Notes under the pieces: model-generated
The model's database searches: none
What the model was told of the DNA's origin: nothing
What the model saw: the letters and a program-made list of their open reading frames with translations, nothing else
NCBI GenBank assembly: GCA_965208325.1
Contig: OZ242326.1
Span: 2,688,001-2,752,000, forward strand
Direction: 5' to 3'
Length of the DNA: 64,000 bases
DNA from: Candidatus Poribacteria bacterium
GTDB taxonomy: Bacteria > Poribacteria > WGA-4E > PCPOR2b
Shown here: one piece after another, positions 19,517 through 28,821 of the stretch
Position numbering within the stretch: the stretch's first letter is position 1
Layout of the letters: each line of letters starts with the position of its first letter
Position numbers and translations under genes: made by a program

Positions 19517-21763
19517 ATGCAAACTGACAAGCAAAACCAATTCATGAAAATGGCACAATTTGTAACATTAATACTTCTCGTATTGGTAACGGTCACATTT
19601 GCATCAAACAGCTCCGCCCAAGGTTCTCCGCAATGGAGTCTCCCCGATGGCGCTAAAGCCCGCTTCGGCAAGGGTGAGATAAATGAAATACAGTATTCGC
19701 CCGACGGTACACGGCTTGCGGTGGCTAGCGGTATCGGTATTTGGCTCTACGATACGGCGACCCATCAAGAAGTCGCGCTGCTCGCGGGGAATATGTCCGC
19801 CGAAAGCGCTGCGTTCAGTCCGGATGGGCGTACCATTTTAAGCGCAAATGGAGACTCAATCCGATTCTGGCACGCCGATACTGGCGAATCCATGCGAACC
19901 GTTACCGTATCGGATTCGGTCGAAAGCGTTGGGTTCAGTCCCGATGGGCGCGCTATAGTAAGTAGTGCGAGTTGGGGCGATACCGGTGACGAGGATTGGG
20001 GAGATACCATCCGTCTTTGGGACGCCGATACGGGCGAACTTCTACACACGCTCACCGGGCATTCTAGTATTGTTGAAATCGTTGCGTTTAGTCCAGATGG
20101 ACGCACTGTCGCCAGCGGGGGTTGGGATGCTACCGTCCGGATGTGGAACGCTGACACGGGCGAAATCCTTCAAACCCTCATCGGGCATTTTGGTAGTGTC
20201 GATAGCATTGCATTCAGCCCCGATGGTGCAATGCTTGCCAGCGCGGACTTTTTCGACATTCGGTTGTGGGACATTGCTACAGGCGAACTTCTCCGGACGT
20301 TCGAGCCGGAAAGAAGTGGCGTCAATGGCGTCGCATTCAGCCCGGACGGCACAACGCTTGCCAGTGGGATTTGGGAAGAAATTCATCTGTGGGACACTGC
20401 TTCGGGCGAACTCATCCGAACGCTCAACGGACATACGAGTTGGGTCAATAGCGTTGCGTTCAATCCTGATGGGCGCACTATCACCAGTCACAGCCGAAAC
20501 GGCGCCATCCGGATGTGGGACGTTACCTCGGGCAACCACCTCGGAACGCTCAACGGGCATACGAGTTCGCTCAGGAGCATCGCGCTCGCCCCTGACGGCG
20601 CGACGCTCGCTGGCGGGAGCGATACCGGGACCGTACGGCTGTGGGACATTGCGTCTCGCCAACACCTGCGTACACTCACTGGAAACAGCCGTAGTGTCAG
20701 TAGCGTCGCTTTCAGCCCAGGTGGCACAACGATCGCTACCGGGAGTGATGACAGTAATGTACGGCTGTTAGACATTGCGGATGGGGAACTCCTACGAACA
20801 CTCAGCGGACATAGCTTGAGTGTCCATAGCGTAGCCTTCAGCCCAGATGGTGACAGAATCGTTAGCGGAGGTTATGACAGTCGGGCGCGGCTTTGGGACG
20901 CTGCCACAGGAAACCACCTGTTCACGTTCGACGAGCATGCGGGTTCTGTCAACACCGTCGCATTCCACCCAAATGGGCGCACGGTCGCCAGTGCGGGTAG
21001 GGACACCCTCATCCGCCTGTGGGACGCCGCCACGGGCAAGCAATTAAAAACGCTCGAAGGACATACGGGTGCCGTCGGTAACGTCGCTTTCAGTCCTGAC
21101 GGTGCGATGCTCGCTAGTGGAAGCTGGAGTGAGATTATTCTGTGGGACACAGCATCGGGCGAACTACTGCAAATACTCAGCGGGCATACGAGTTCGGCCA
21201 GTAGCCTCGCTTTCAGCCCGAATGGCAATACGCTCGCGGGCGGAAGCTCGGAAGAGATTCACCTGTGGGACATCGCCACAGGCAACCACCTGCGAACACT
21301 CGCCGGGCATGCGAAGTCGGTCAGTAGTGTCGCTTTCAACCATGATGGTGACACTCTCGCGAGTGCAAGTTCGGACGGCACCGTGCTGCTTTGGGAAATT
21401 TCCCCATCAACCGGTGTTGGGATTTCGGTAGAACCTTTGGAAAGCCGCATCACGACGTTGGGAAACATCAAACGCACGGCGCTGCTGCAGAATTATCCAA
21501 ATCCGTTCAACCCTGAAACCTGGATGCCATATCAGTTGGAACAAGACGCTTACGTCACCTTAACCATCTATGACCAGAGCGGTAATGTCGTCCGCATCCT
21601 TGACATTGGACATCAAAAACCGGGAGTCTACCGAGACAAATCAGAAGCGGCGTATTGGGACGGCCGCAACCAAAACGGAGAACCCGTCACCAGCGGCACG
21701 TATTACTACCAACTCCGTGCGGGCGATTACACCGCATTACGGCGGATGGTGATTGTCAAGTAG
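19517..21763 (+). CDS. secreted WD40-repeat protein with FlgD-Ig/T9SS-CTD-like C-terminal domain
   Basis: signal peptide, about 14 GH...FSPDG...WD repeats, ALLQNYPNPFNPETW...YWDGRN...GTYYYQL...RRMVIVK. Confidence 0.93.
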   Translation: MQTDKQNQFMKMAQFVTLILLVLVTVTFASNSSAQGSPQWSLPDGAKARFGKGEINEIQYSPDGTRLAVASGIGIWLYDTATHQEVALLAGNMSAESAAFSPDGRTILSANGDSIRFWHADTGESMRTVTVSDSVESVGFSPDGRAIVSSASWGDTGDEDWGDTIRLWDADTGELLHTLTGHSSIVEIVAFSPDGRTVASGGWDATVRMWNADTGEILQTLIGHFGSVDSIAFSPDGAMLASADFFDIRLWDIATGELLRTFEPERSGVNGVAFSPDGTTLASGIWEEIHLWDTASGELIRTLNGHTSWVNSVAFNPDGRTITSHSRNGAIRMWDVTSGNHLGTLNGHTSSLRSIALAPDGATLAGGSDTGTVRLWDIASRQHLRTLTGNSRSVSSVAFSPGGTTIATGSDDSNVRLLDIADGELLRTLSGHSLSVHSVAFSPDGDRIVSGGYDSRARLWDAATGNHLFTFDEHAGSVNTVAFHPNGRTVASAGRDTLIRLWDAATGKQLKTLEGHTGAVGNVAFSPDGAMLASGSWSEIILWDTASGELLQILSGHTSSASSLAFSPNGNTLAGGSSEEIHLWDIATGNHLRTLAGHAKSVSSVAFNHDGDTLASASSDGTVLLWEISPSTGVGISVEPLESRITTLGNIKRTALLQNYPNPFNPETWMPYQLEQDAYVTLTIYDQSGNVVRILDIGHQKPGVYRDKSEAAYWDGRNQNGEPVTSGTYYYQLRAGDYTALRRMVIVK

Positions 21764-21864
21764 CGGCAAATCGTTGCAGCGATTCCGCGTTATTTTATAA
21801 CCTCGTTTCTGCAATTACTGAGGACGACGTGATTTACGATACTCAACCATCCAGGGCAACTGTT

Positions 21865-24141
21865 ATGAAGATAGCGTTGATTTTCAAAATTAGCTTACTG
21901 TGCGTTTCCGCTCTTTGTCTGCCGCATAGCCTCGCTCAAAAATCTCCGCAATGGAGCCTGCCCGAAGGCGCAATAGCTCGCCTTGGAAAGGGTAGGATAA
22001 GCGATATACAGTATTCGCCCGACGGCACTCGACTTGCGGTAGCGAGCAGCATCGGTATTTGGCTCTATGATACGGCGACCCATCAAGAGGTTACACTGCT
22101 CGCCCCGCATATTTATGTCGAAAGCGTTGCGTATAGTCCGGATGGGCGCACCATCGCGGGCGGAAGCAGTGACAACATCATCCGACTGTGGGACGCACAT
22201 ACGGGTGAACAACGGCGAATACTCATCGGACATACGAGTTGGGTCAGGACAGTTGCGTTCAGCCCTGACGGACGCACACTCGCAAGTGGGAGCAGTGACG
22301 ACACCGTCCGGCTGTGGGATGCGCTCACGGGAAAACTCCTTCACACACTCACCGGGCATTCGGACGAAATTCGCAGCGTTGCGTTTAGTCCTGATGGCAA
22401 CTCGCTCGTAAGCGGGAGCAGCGACAATTCCATCCGTCAGTGGGACTCATTTACGGGCGAACACCGGCGAACACTCACCGGACACACGTCTGGCGTAGTA
22501 AGCGTCGTGTTCAGTCCAAATGGGCGTACCATTGCAAGTGCGAGCGGGATCAGTGATGGAGACGGCATCCGGCTGTGGAACACCGATACGGGACAACTTC
22601 GGAGCACGCTCATCGGACATTCGGGGCGGGTCACGAGCGCCGCGTTTAGTCCCGATGGTGACAGAATCGCAAGTACTAGTTGGGACAATACAATCCAACT
22701 GTGGGACGCACATACGGGTGAACACCGACGAACACTCACCGGACACACGTCTGGAGTAGTCAGCGTCGTGTTCAATCCTGATGAACGTACGCTCGCAAGT
22801 GGTAGTGGAGACGGTACTATCCGGTTATGGGACATTGAATCGGGAGAATTCCTGCGATCAATCCCCGGGCATACGGGTTGGGTCGACACCGTTGAATTCA
22901 GTCCCGATGGACAAACGCTCGCAAGTGTGAGTTCGAGCTATATCGTTGAGCACAGTCCAAACCGCCGCGCAGGAAGTGGGGGCGGCAACGCAACTATCCG
23001 GCTGTGGAACGCCGATACCGGAAAACTCAGGCTATCAATTAACGAGTACAAGAATGGAATTGATGACGTTTCGTTTAGTCCCGATGGGCGCACTCTCGCT
23101 GGTGTTGGCTGGAACAGTATCCAATTATGGGACACCAACACCGGAGAACTTCTGCGAACACTCAGGGAGCATGAAGGTTGGGTCAATACTATTGCGTTCA
23201 GCCCCAATGGACGCACAATTGCTACTGGAGGGAGTTGGGACAACGTCGTCCGTCTTTGGGACGCCGATACCGGAAAACTCCGGCAATCGCTCATCGGACA
23301 TACCGATTCGGTCACGAGCGTTGCCTTCAGCTCCGACGGACACACGCTCGCAAGTTGTGCGGGATTAGACAATACCATCCGTATGTGGGACGCCAATGCG
23401 GGAAAACTCCTGCGTACGTTCACTGGAACTACCGGTTTGGGAGCGAGCGTTGCCCTAAGTGCCGATGGAAGCACGCTCGCAAACGCCGGTAATTGGGATG
23501 GCACCGTCCTGCTCTGGGATACCGATTCAGGCGAACTCCTACATACCCTCACCGGACATAGATTTGACGTCGAAAGCATTGCGTTCAGTCCCGATGGACT
23601 CATCCTCGCCAGCGGAGGGAGTTGGGACGACACCATTCGACTGTGGAACATCAAATCGGGGAAACTCCACCAAACACTCAAAGGCCATGCGATTGGGGTG
23701 CGAAGCGTGGCGTTTAGTCCGAATGGACGTACGATGGCTAGCGCCGGTTTGGACGGCACAATACTCCTTTGGGATTTTACTCTCAGCACCTCCGATGACG
23801 TTGCGGTTGAGAATTTGCCGCAGCTCACCACGACCCTGGGAAACATCAAACGGACGGCGTTGCTGCAAAATTACCCGAATCCGTTCAACCCCGAAACCTG
23901 GATACCGTATCAGTTGGAAAAGAATTCACTGGTGACCTTGATTATCTACAACCAAAGCGGCCATATCGTCCGCACACTTGACATAGGGCATCAAAGTTCG
24001 GGAGCTTACCTAGACAAATCAGAAGCGGCGTATTGGGATGGATGCAACCAGAACGGAGAACCCGTTACCAGCGGCGCGTATTTTTGTCAACTCAGGACGG
24101 GTGATTACAGCGCGTTACGGCGAATGTTGATTGTCAAGTAA
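21865..24141 (+). CDS. secreted WD40-repeat protein with FlgD-Ig/CTD, paralog 2
   Basis: probable start MKIALIF at 21865 (the ORF track extends into the upstream gene); same N-terminal block and CTD. Confidence 0.93.
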   Translation: MKIALIFKISLLCVSALCLPHSLAQKSPQWSLPEGAIARLGKGRISDIQYSPDGTRLAVASSIGIWLYDTATHQEVTLLAPHIYVESVAYSPDGRTIAGGSSDNIIRLWDAHTGEQRRILIGHTSWVRTVAFSPDGRTLASGSSDDTVRLWDALTGKLLHTLTGHSDEIRSVAFSPDGNSLVSGSSDNSIRQWDSFTGEHRRTLTGHTSGVVSVVFSPNGRTIASASGISDGDGIRLWNTDTGQLRSTLIGHSGRVTSAAFSPDGDRIASTSWDNTIQLWDAHTGEHRRTLTGHTSGVVSVVFNPDERTLASGSGDGTIRLWDIESGEFLRSIPGHTGWVDTVEFSPDGQTLASVSSSYIVEHSPNRRAGSGGGNATIRLWNADTGKLRLSINEYKNGIDDVSFSPDGRTLAGVGWNSIQLWDTNTGELLRTLREHEGWVNTIAFSPNGRTIATGGSWDNVVRLWDADTGKLRQSLIGHTDSVTSVAFSSDGHTLASCAGLDNTIRMWDANAGKLLRTFTGTTGLGASVALSADGSTLANAGNWDGTVLLWDTDSGELLHTLTGHRFDVESIAFSPDGLILASGGSWDDTIRLWNIKSGKLHQTLKGHAIGVRSVAFSPNGRTMASAGLDGTILLWDFTLSTSDDVAVENLPQLTTTLGNIKRTALLQNYPNPFNPETWIPYQLEKNSLVTLIIYNQSGHIVRTLDIGHQSSGAYLDKSEAAYWDGCNQNGEPVTSGAYFCQLRTGDYSALRRMLIVK

Positions 24142-24249
24142 CTCCACACAATTGAAGCAAGAAACCAACCGTTTTAAAAAAACTGGACTCTATGGTTACT
24201 GCGTGCGGTATGAATCAGATGCGGCACACCAACATGGAGGGTTATTGCA

Positions 24250-26481
24250 ATGAAGTTAGCGGTATTCTTGATGCTTAGCTCATTGTTCGTTTCAAATCTA
24301 TCGATTCCGCATAGCTTCGCCCGAGATTTTCCACGATGGGGGCCGCCCGAAGGGGCAATTGCACGTATCGGCAAAGGCAGGATAAGTGAAATCCAATATT
24401 CGCCCGACGGCACTCGACTCGCGGTCGCAAGCAGTATGGGTATTTGGCTTTACGATACCGCCGCCCATCAGGAGCTCGCCCTGCTCACCGGGCAAACGCC
24501 TGTGACTACCGTGGCATTCAGCCCCAATGGGCACACCATTGCGGGTGGGGGTGAGAACACTATCCGTTTGTGGAACGCTGCTTCCGGTAAACACGTACTA
24601 TCGCTCAACGGGAATACGAAATTGGTCAGGAGCGTTGTATTCAGTCCCGATGGCCGCACAATCACAAGTGGAGGTGAGGACAAGAATATCAGTCTGTGGG
24701 ATGCCGACACAGGAAATCAACTACTTACGCTAAGCGGGCACACTGGCTCGGTCAATAGCATCGCGTTCAGTCCTGACGGAAAAACACTTGCTAGCGGCAG
24801 TAGTGACGGCACTGTCCGTTTCTGGAACACGGATACTGGAAAACACCTGAGAACGATTACCCAGAATAAATCTGGAGTCGGAATCGTTGCATTCAGTCGC
24901 GATGGAAACACACTCGCCAGCGGGGGTAGCTCCATCATCCGCTTGTGGGACGTCAATACCGGGATTCAGCGGCGAATTCTCACCGGGCATACGTCCGGAG
25001 TCGAAAGCGTCGCTTTCGGTCCCGATGGTAACACAATCGCTAGTGGGGACGGTGCCGGCATCATCTATCTGCGGGACGCTGATACGGGTAATCGCCGGTT
25101 TACGTTCACCGGGCACACAGATTCAGTCACGAGCCTGGCGTTTAGTCCCGATGGAAACACAATCGCTAGCGCGAGCGCAGACGGCACAATCCGTCTGTGG
25201 GACACCGATTCGGGAAGACACCGGCAGACGCTCACTAGACCGGGCACGGTCAATAGCATTGCGTTCAGTCCCGATGGTAACACAATCGCTAGTGGGAGCG
25301 GGGATAACACCATCCGTCTTTGGAACGCAGATACACGGGATTATCAGCGTACACTCACCGGACATTCGGATTGGGTCTATAGCGTAGCCTTCAGTCCCGA
25401 TGGTAACACAATCGCTAGTGGGAGTTGGGACAATACCATCCGCCTATGGGAGGCGGATACAGGAAAACACCTGCGTACACTAGACGGGCATAGGGGTTTT
25501 GTCAACAGCATCGTATTCAGTCCCAATGGCAAAACACTCGCTAGTGGGAGCGCGGACGATACCATCCGTCTGTGGGACACCGAATCGGGAGCACATCAAC
25601 GTACGCTCATCGGGCATACAGATTGGGTCTACAGCGTCGCGTATAGTCCAGATGGAAACACAATCGCTAGTGGAAGCGGCGATGGCACCATCCGTCTTTG
25701 GAACGCAGTTACAGGAAAACCGCGACGCACGCTCACCGGACACACGCATTGGGTCTTTTGCGTCGCCTTTAGCCTAGATGGAAACACAATCGCTAGTGGA
25801 AGCGGCGACGATACTATCCGTCTGTGGGACTCAAACACAGGAAATCTTCGACGAACACTTACAGGGCATGCACTTCCGGTCGAAAGCGTCGCATTCAGTC
25901 CAGATGGAAACACACTCGGTAGTGGAAGTACGGACCATACTATTCGGCTCTGGGACACTGATACTGGCGAACACTTGAGGACACTCACCGGACACACGGC
26001 TACGGTCTATGATTGGGTCTTTAGTGTAGCGTTCAGTCCCGACGGCAAAACACTCGCTAGCGGCGGAAGTTGGACTGGCGATGGAAATCGGGACGGTACC
26101 GTGTTGCTGTGGGAATTTCCCGCTTCTAGCGGCGTTGGGGTCGGTGTGAAACCGTTGGCAAAACTTACCACGAAACTCGGAAACATCAAACGAACGGCGC
26201 TGTTACAGAATTTCCCGAATCCGTTCAATCCCGAAACCTGGATACCGTATCAGTTGGAAAAAGGTGCTTGGGTCACATTAACCATCTATGACCAGAGCGG
26301 TCACATGGTCCGCACCCTAGACATCGGAAATCAAGTTTCAGGAGTGTACCTAGACAAATCAGATGCGGCGTATTGGGATGGCCGCAATCAAAACGGAGAA
26401 CCCGTAACCAGCGGCACGTATTACTATCAACTCCATGCGGGCGATTACGCCGCATTACGGCAGATGGCGATCGTCAAGTAG
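24250..26481 (+). CDS. secreted WD40-repeat protein with FlgD-Ig/CTD, paralog 3
   Basis: GGAGG RBS, signal peptide, highly regular 42-aa WD40 repeats, CTD. Confidence 0.94.
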   Translation: MKLAVFLMLSSLFVSNLSIPHSFARDFPRWGPPEGAIARIGKGRISEIQYSPDGTRLAVASSMGIWLYDTAAHQELALLTGQTPVTTVAFSPNGHTIAGGGENTIRLWNAASGKHVLSLNGNTKLVRSVVFSPDGRTITSGGEDKNISLWDADTGNQLLTLSGHTGSVNSIAFSPDGKTLASGSSDGTVRFWNTDTGKHLRTITQNKSGVGIVAFSRDGNTLASGGSSIIRLWDVNTGIQRRILTGHTSGVESVAFGPDGNTIASGDGAGIIYLRDADTGNRRFTFTGHTDSVTSLAFSPDGNTIASASADGTIRLWDTDSGRHRQTLTRPGTVNSIAFSPDGNTIASGSGDNTIRLWNADTRDYQRTLTGHSDWVYSVAFSPDGNTIASGSWDNTIRLWEADTGKHLRTLDGHRGFVNSIVFSPNGKTLASGSADDTIRLWDTESGAHQRTLIGHTDWVYSVAYSPDGNTIASGSGDGTIRLWNAVTGKPRRTLTGHTHWVFCVAFSLDGNTIASGSGDDTIRLWDSNTGNLRRTLTGHALPVESVAFSPDGNTLGSGSTDHTIRLWDTDTGEHLRTLTGHTATVYDWVFSVAFSPDGKTLASGGSWTGDGNRDGTVLLWEFPASSGVGVGVKPLAKLTTKLGNIKRTALLQNFPNPFNPETWIPYQLEKGAWVTLTIYDQSGHMVRTLDIGNQVSGVYLDKSDAAYWDGRNQNGEPVTSGTYYYQLHAGDYAALRQMAIVK

Positions 26482-26547
26482 GAGAACGACGTGTTCAATG
26501 ACTATTCTGCGGATTACGTTATTTATGTCGCAGTTTACAGAACTATA

Positions 26548-28767
26548 ATGAAAACAGTCTCCACGTTAATTTTCTGTCTGACGTTAACTTCAGTTGTTTT
26601 TGCCGAACTTCGGCCCATCGGTTCATTGGGAAAGGGTGAACTCCGGGATATTACCTTCCTGCCAGATGGGAGAATTCTGCGCGTTCTTTCTAACCGTATT
26701 GAGTTAGCCGACCCAAATACTAGGGAAACTATAGGACGATTTGCTGACAGAACAGTGTCTATGGGGAATGTCACGGTCAGCAGAGACAGTTTGAGGTTAG
26801 CAATTGTACGGACAAAGCGCTCCCCATCGCAAACTGCGATTGAAATATGGGAGTTGGCATCACAACGAAAAATCCTTCAACGCACGATCCCGCTGACCCT
26901 TTATCACACAGCATTGAGCCCAGATCTAATGGTTTTTGCTGGACACAATGAGGGAATAATTCGCCTCTGGAGTGTCGAAACGGGCGAATCTCTCGGTGAG
27001 GTTAAATGGACGGATCAGCCCAGCTTTGTCCGGTTAGCGTTCAACTCAGATGGGCGGCAACTACTCTCCATCAATTCTTATATCTCCCGTGAGCTTCCCG
27101 GTGGCGACGACCATTGGGAGACGGCCATAAGCAACTGGGATATTGCTTCTCGTCAACGCTTGTGGAGCTACACAAGAACTTTTAGGGTAATACGTGCGAT
27201 ATACAGTCCTGATGGTCGTTGGATTGTTATGGCTGACACCAATGATCGGATTCAGTTTTGGGACGCGAAGCTAGGGACGCAACAGCTTGTTTTGCACGTC
27301 ACAGGTAATGCGCAAAAAATGCGATTCAGTCCCGATAGCAAGAGGATTTACATTGCATCCGGCACAAGCGGTTACCCAAGGCAACCCAATCGGGTAAGCA
27401 TCTGGGATATCGAAACCGGTGAACAACTCCAGGAATTGGGCGACGAAACACTTGGCATTGAGGGGCTTACTATTTCGCGCGATGAAACACAAGCAGTGAT
27501 CTGGTATCACAATGGATTTGTCTCGCTATGGGACATTCAACAACGCCGCCGTCTCGCGCTCCAAACCGATTACGTTTCTCCGAGTTGGGGATCTGTTACG
27601 CCGGATGGGCACTACCTAGTCAGTGGATCGAACGCTGCCCTCATAATCTGGAATCTCCGTACACAATCGCTCCAGGCAACAATCTTCCCCAACGAGTATG
27701 TTTTCCGTCATGTTGCGATGTCGCCGCACGGACAGTATTTTGCTGTAGGTCATGACCCATGGATAGAAATACGGGAGGCACGCAGCGGTCAAATTCTTTT
27801 AAAAGTTCCAAATAATGTTGGATCGACACCCTACGTTTTCAGTAACGACGGGAGGCGGCTTGCCGTAGGCCAGCATAGCAGTGTAGTCATTTACAATCTT
27901 CACAATCCCGATAAACGGGAAGAACTGTTGCCAAAGGAACAAGCTTACATCTCAGAACGTCATATCGTTTTCAGCCCGGACGACCGCTATCTGGCAGTAT
28001 CGGATTGGGACAACGAGGTGCATCTGTGGGAAAATAACATGGACAGATATGTCCATCGCTATTCGTGGCAAATTCCGGCATCTCAGATCGACGACATCGA
28101 ATTTGAGCCGAAACCGACGAATCCTGCGCTAGTTGTTATCGGAAATGGGGATGAGTTACAGGTGTGGGAACTTGGAGACACCGCCCCGAAGCAATCAATG
28201 CGTTTCAATGCCTCCGCTCCAATCCATTTTGTGCACGGCGGTGCTGAGTCTCTCCATCTGCAAAGGGATTACCTGTTTGTTAATCACGGGGGAAGACTTC
28301 AGATTTGGGATTGGGCAATCAAAACACCCGTCACGGCACCTGACATCCCACGCTACTTTGCTGCAAATCGGGATGGTTCAGTCGTGGTAGCCCGGGATTA
28401 TGTTTCCGACCAAACGCGAATCTGGAACGTCCGACAACTAATCTTTCCCAAACCGATACTTTTGGGCGAAGTTAGACGGACAGCGCTCTTGGCAAATTTC
28501 CCGAATCCACTCAACCCTGAAACATGGATTCCCTACCAACTTGCAGATTCTGCTAATGTGCAAATCCATATTTATGATGTTGCGGGGCATCTGGTACGGA
28601 CGTTAGATTTAGGCACGAAACTCGCGGGGAGTTATCTCTCACGAGAGACTGCGGCCTATTGGGACGGCCGCAATAATATGGGCGAGGCGGTCGGCAGCGG
28701 GGCATACTTCTACACGCTGGAGACCGGTGATTTTCGGACCACGAGACGCGTGACTGTTGTGAAATAG
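26548..28767 (+). CDS. secreted divergent beta-propeller (WD40-like) protein with FlgD-Ig/CTD
   Basis: probable start MKTVSTLIFC at 26548; degenerate SPDG/WD blades; ALLANFPNPLNPETWIPYQL CTD. Confidence 0.88.
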   Translation: MKTVSTLIFCLTLTSVVFAELRPIGSLGKGELRDITFLPDGRILRVLSNRIELADPNTRETIGRFADRTVSMGNVTVSRDSLRLAIVRTKRSPSQTAIEIWELASQRKILQRTIPLTLYHTALSPDLMVFAGHNEGIIRLWSVETGESLGEVKWTDQPSFVRLAFNSDGRQLLSINSYISRELPGGDDHWETAISNWDIASRQRLWSYTRTFRVIRAIYSPDGRWIVMADTNDRIQFWDAKLGTQQLVLHVTGNAQKMRFSPDSKRIYIASGTSGYPRQPNRVSIWDIETGEQLQELGDETLGIEGLTISRDETQAVIWYHNGFVSLWDIQQRRRLALQTDYVSPSWGSVTPDGHYLVSGSNAALIIWNLRTQSLQATIFPNEYVFRHVAMSPHGQYFAVGHDPWIEIREARSGQILLKVPNNVGSTPYVFSNDGRRLAVGQHSSVVIYNLHNPDKREELLPKEQAYISERHIVFSPDDRYLAVSDWDNEVHLWENNMDRYVHRYSWQIPASQIDDIEFEPKPTNPALVVIGNGDELQVWELGDTAPKQSMRFNASAPIHFVHGGAESLHLQRDYLFVNHGGRLQIWDWAIKTPVTAPDIPRYFAANRDGSVVVARDYVSDQTRIWNVRQLIFPKPILLGEVRRTALLANFPNPLNPETWIPYQLADSANVQIHIYDVAGHLVRTLDLGTKLAGSYLSRETAAYWDGRNNMGEAVGSGAYFYTLETGDFRTTRRVTVVK

Positions 28768-28821
28768 GATTGCTCCTCAAATCGCCGCCGCCAATAAACA
28801 TCAATTGACCTTAATGCCGTT

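Noticed and set aside
21765..21778. GGCAAATCGTTGC as a third sigma54 promoter
   Set aside because: GG-N9-GC spacing, one base short of the required N10
21655..21864. Upstream extension of WD40 paralog 2
   Set aside because: Overlaps the end of paralog 1; the signal peptide starts at 21865
22938..23849. 303-aa and similar antisense ORFs over WD40 and TonB receptor genes
   Set aside because: Stop-poor reverse frames of repetitive coding sequence with no recognisable motifs
19517..26481. Periodic DNA repeats as a CRISPR array or DGR template/variable pair
   Set aside because: They are in-frame 126-bp WD40 coding repeats; no cas or reverse transcriptase gene and no adenine-specific variation noticed
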